From Candidatus Peribacteraceae bacterium (GTDB lineage: Bacteria; Patescibacteriota; Gracilibacteria; Peribacterales; Peribacteraceae), in assembly GCA_040081825.1 (NCBI GenBank), contig JBEBFT010000003.1, positions 17,204 through 81,203 of the forward strand: a stretch of 64,000 bases of DNA, in the 5' to 3' direction. The position numbers and the translations under genes were made by a program. Below the pieces are notes generated by a model. It ran no database searches, had not been told where the DNA came from, and was given only the letters and a program-made list of their open reading frames with translations. Shown here in pieces: positions 63,425-64,000 of this stretch (its first letter is position 1; every line of letters begins with the position of its first letter).

Positions 63425-63510
63425 GTACGTAGTACGTGGTATGTCGTACGTGGTATGAGAATTTTCTTTCGTTTCGTATACAACGTACTACGTACTACAT
63501 ACTCGATACT
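63425..63510. repeat. Heptad palindrome, GTACGTA/GTATGTA family
   Basis: Left arm GTACGTA GTACGTG GTATGTC GTACGTG GTATGAG, a 16-nt spacer, then right arm GTATACA ACGTACT ACGTACT ACATACT CGATACT. Confidence 0.65.
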
Positions 63511-63811
63511 ATTCGGTGACATTGATGTGAATGAGCAGATGTCTTCCGGTTCATGTTTGTGTTGGTGGCTCCGGAGCCATGCCCTCCCCCTAAGAGAGCG
63601 TTTCCTATGTGTGTATGTGTATTCTGATTTCTTCCTGAGATATTTGCTCCTGAAGAAATCATGCCATTGTATCCACCCAGAGAATATCCGCAAGTAAGTA
63701 GACTAGTGTGAATCTAGAAATGTGTTGTTGATCAACTTCTGTATACAGCTCTACTTTGATGTTTTTGGCTTCTCTTCCACGTTTCCTGTCTTTCCTCTAC
63801 ACTTTCTTTCG

Positions 63812-64000
63812 ATGTCTTCTTTGAAGCTTTCATTACCTCTCGGAATCGCAGCTGTGTTGATTGTGGCCTTTTTGGCACTGCTTCCATTCACCCTATCGTC
63901 CGTTGAATCGGTGATGAGCGCGCGTGATGCAGGTGGCCTGGCAGCGATGGTAGACCGGGGCCACGTCCAGGCCTTTGCACGTACACGTTCTCCCTCACTC
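63812..64000 (+). CDS. Partial CDS (5' end), signal- or TM-anchored protein
   Basis: The reading frame from ATG 63812 stays open to the window end. MSSLKLSLPLGIAAVLIVAFLALLPF is a hydrophobic N-terminus. Not in the ORF track because it has no stop. Confidence 0.3.
   Translation, partial: MSSLKLSLPLGIAAVLIVAFLALLPFTLSSVESVMSARDAGGLAAMVDRGHVQAFARTRSPSL

Noticed and set aside
63058-63697. Four mutually overlapping ORFs (63058-63399 minus, 63132-63458 plus, 63212-63697 plus, 63415-63693 minus)
   Set aside because: Their translations are dominated by R, C, H and S. They overlap each other on both strands, and parts are coded by palindromic repeats. I treat the region as non-coding.

Overview
Dense chromosomal window of about 50% GC by eye. 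It holds roughly 65 protein genes and two tRNA-Glu genes, with no rRNA, CRISPR array, prophage or recognisable defence locus. The gene content looks like a small-genome bacterium, but I cannot place the lineage from sequence alone. Housekeeping genes include thyA-folA, folB-folK, secD, uvrC, pcrA, rmuC, pyrG, pyrD, rel, valS, rpsO-pnp, rplY, hpf, rsmA, rlmH and comEC. There is also an arginine-to-polyamine cluster (aguA, aguB, a deoxyhypusine-synthase-like gene and a PLP decarboxylase), a Fur/ZIP zinc pair, and a CsoR/DUF305/rhodanese/flavodoxin metal-redox cluster. The unusual part is the repeat and RNA-structure layer. (1) Four related families of palindromic elements are built from tandem 7-nt units. 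Two copies are translated in frame inside valS, and others overlap start or stop codons or sit upstream of uvrC, pcrA and both tRNA-Glu genes. (2) Two RAYT-type (IS200-like HUH) transposase genes are each flanked by their own REP hairpins. (3) A perfect 20-bp palindrome is inserted into a TfoX-like gene and frameshifts it. (4) There is a perfect four-way cloverleaf of palindromes, plus several modules made of a closing stem around inner hairpins. (5) Two copies of a two-hairpin element keep both stems through compensatory substitutions. (6) Duplicated tRNA 3' ends mark integration scars. Three conserved proteins carry unexpected domain insertions or fusions: SecD with a parvulin PPIase, UvrC with a GNAT domain, and Rel/SpoT with a C-terminal EamA permease. 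A promoter, a Cys/Gly-rich micro-ORF and a terminator sit directly upstream of rel. All calls come from reading the sequence and the ORF track by eye; no searches were run.
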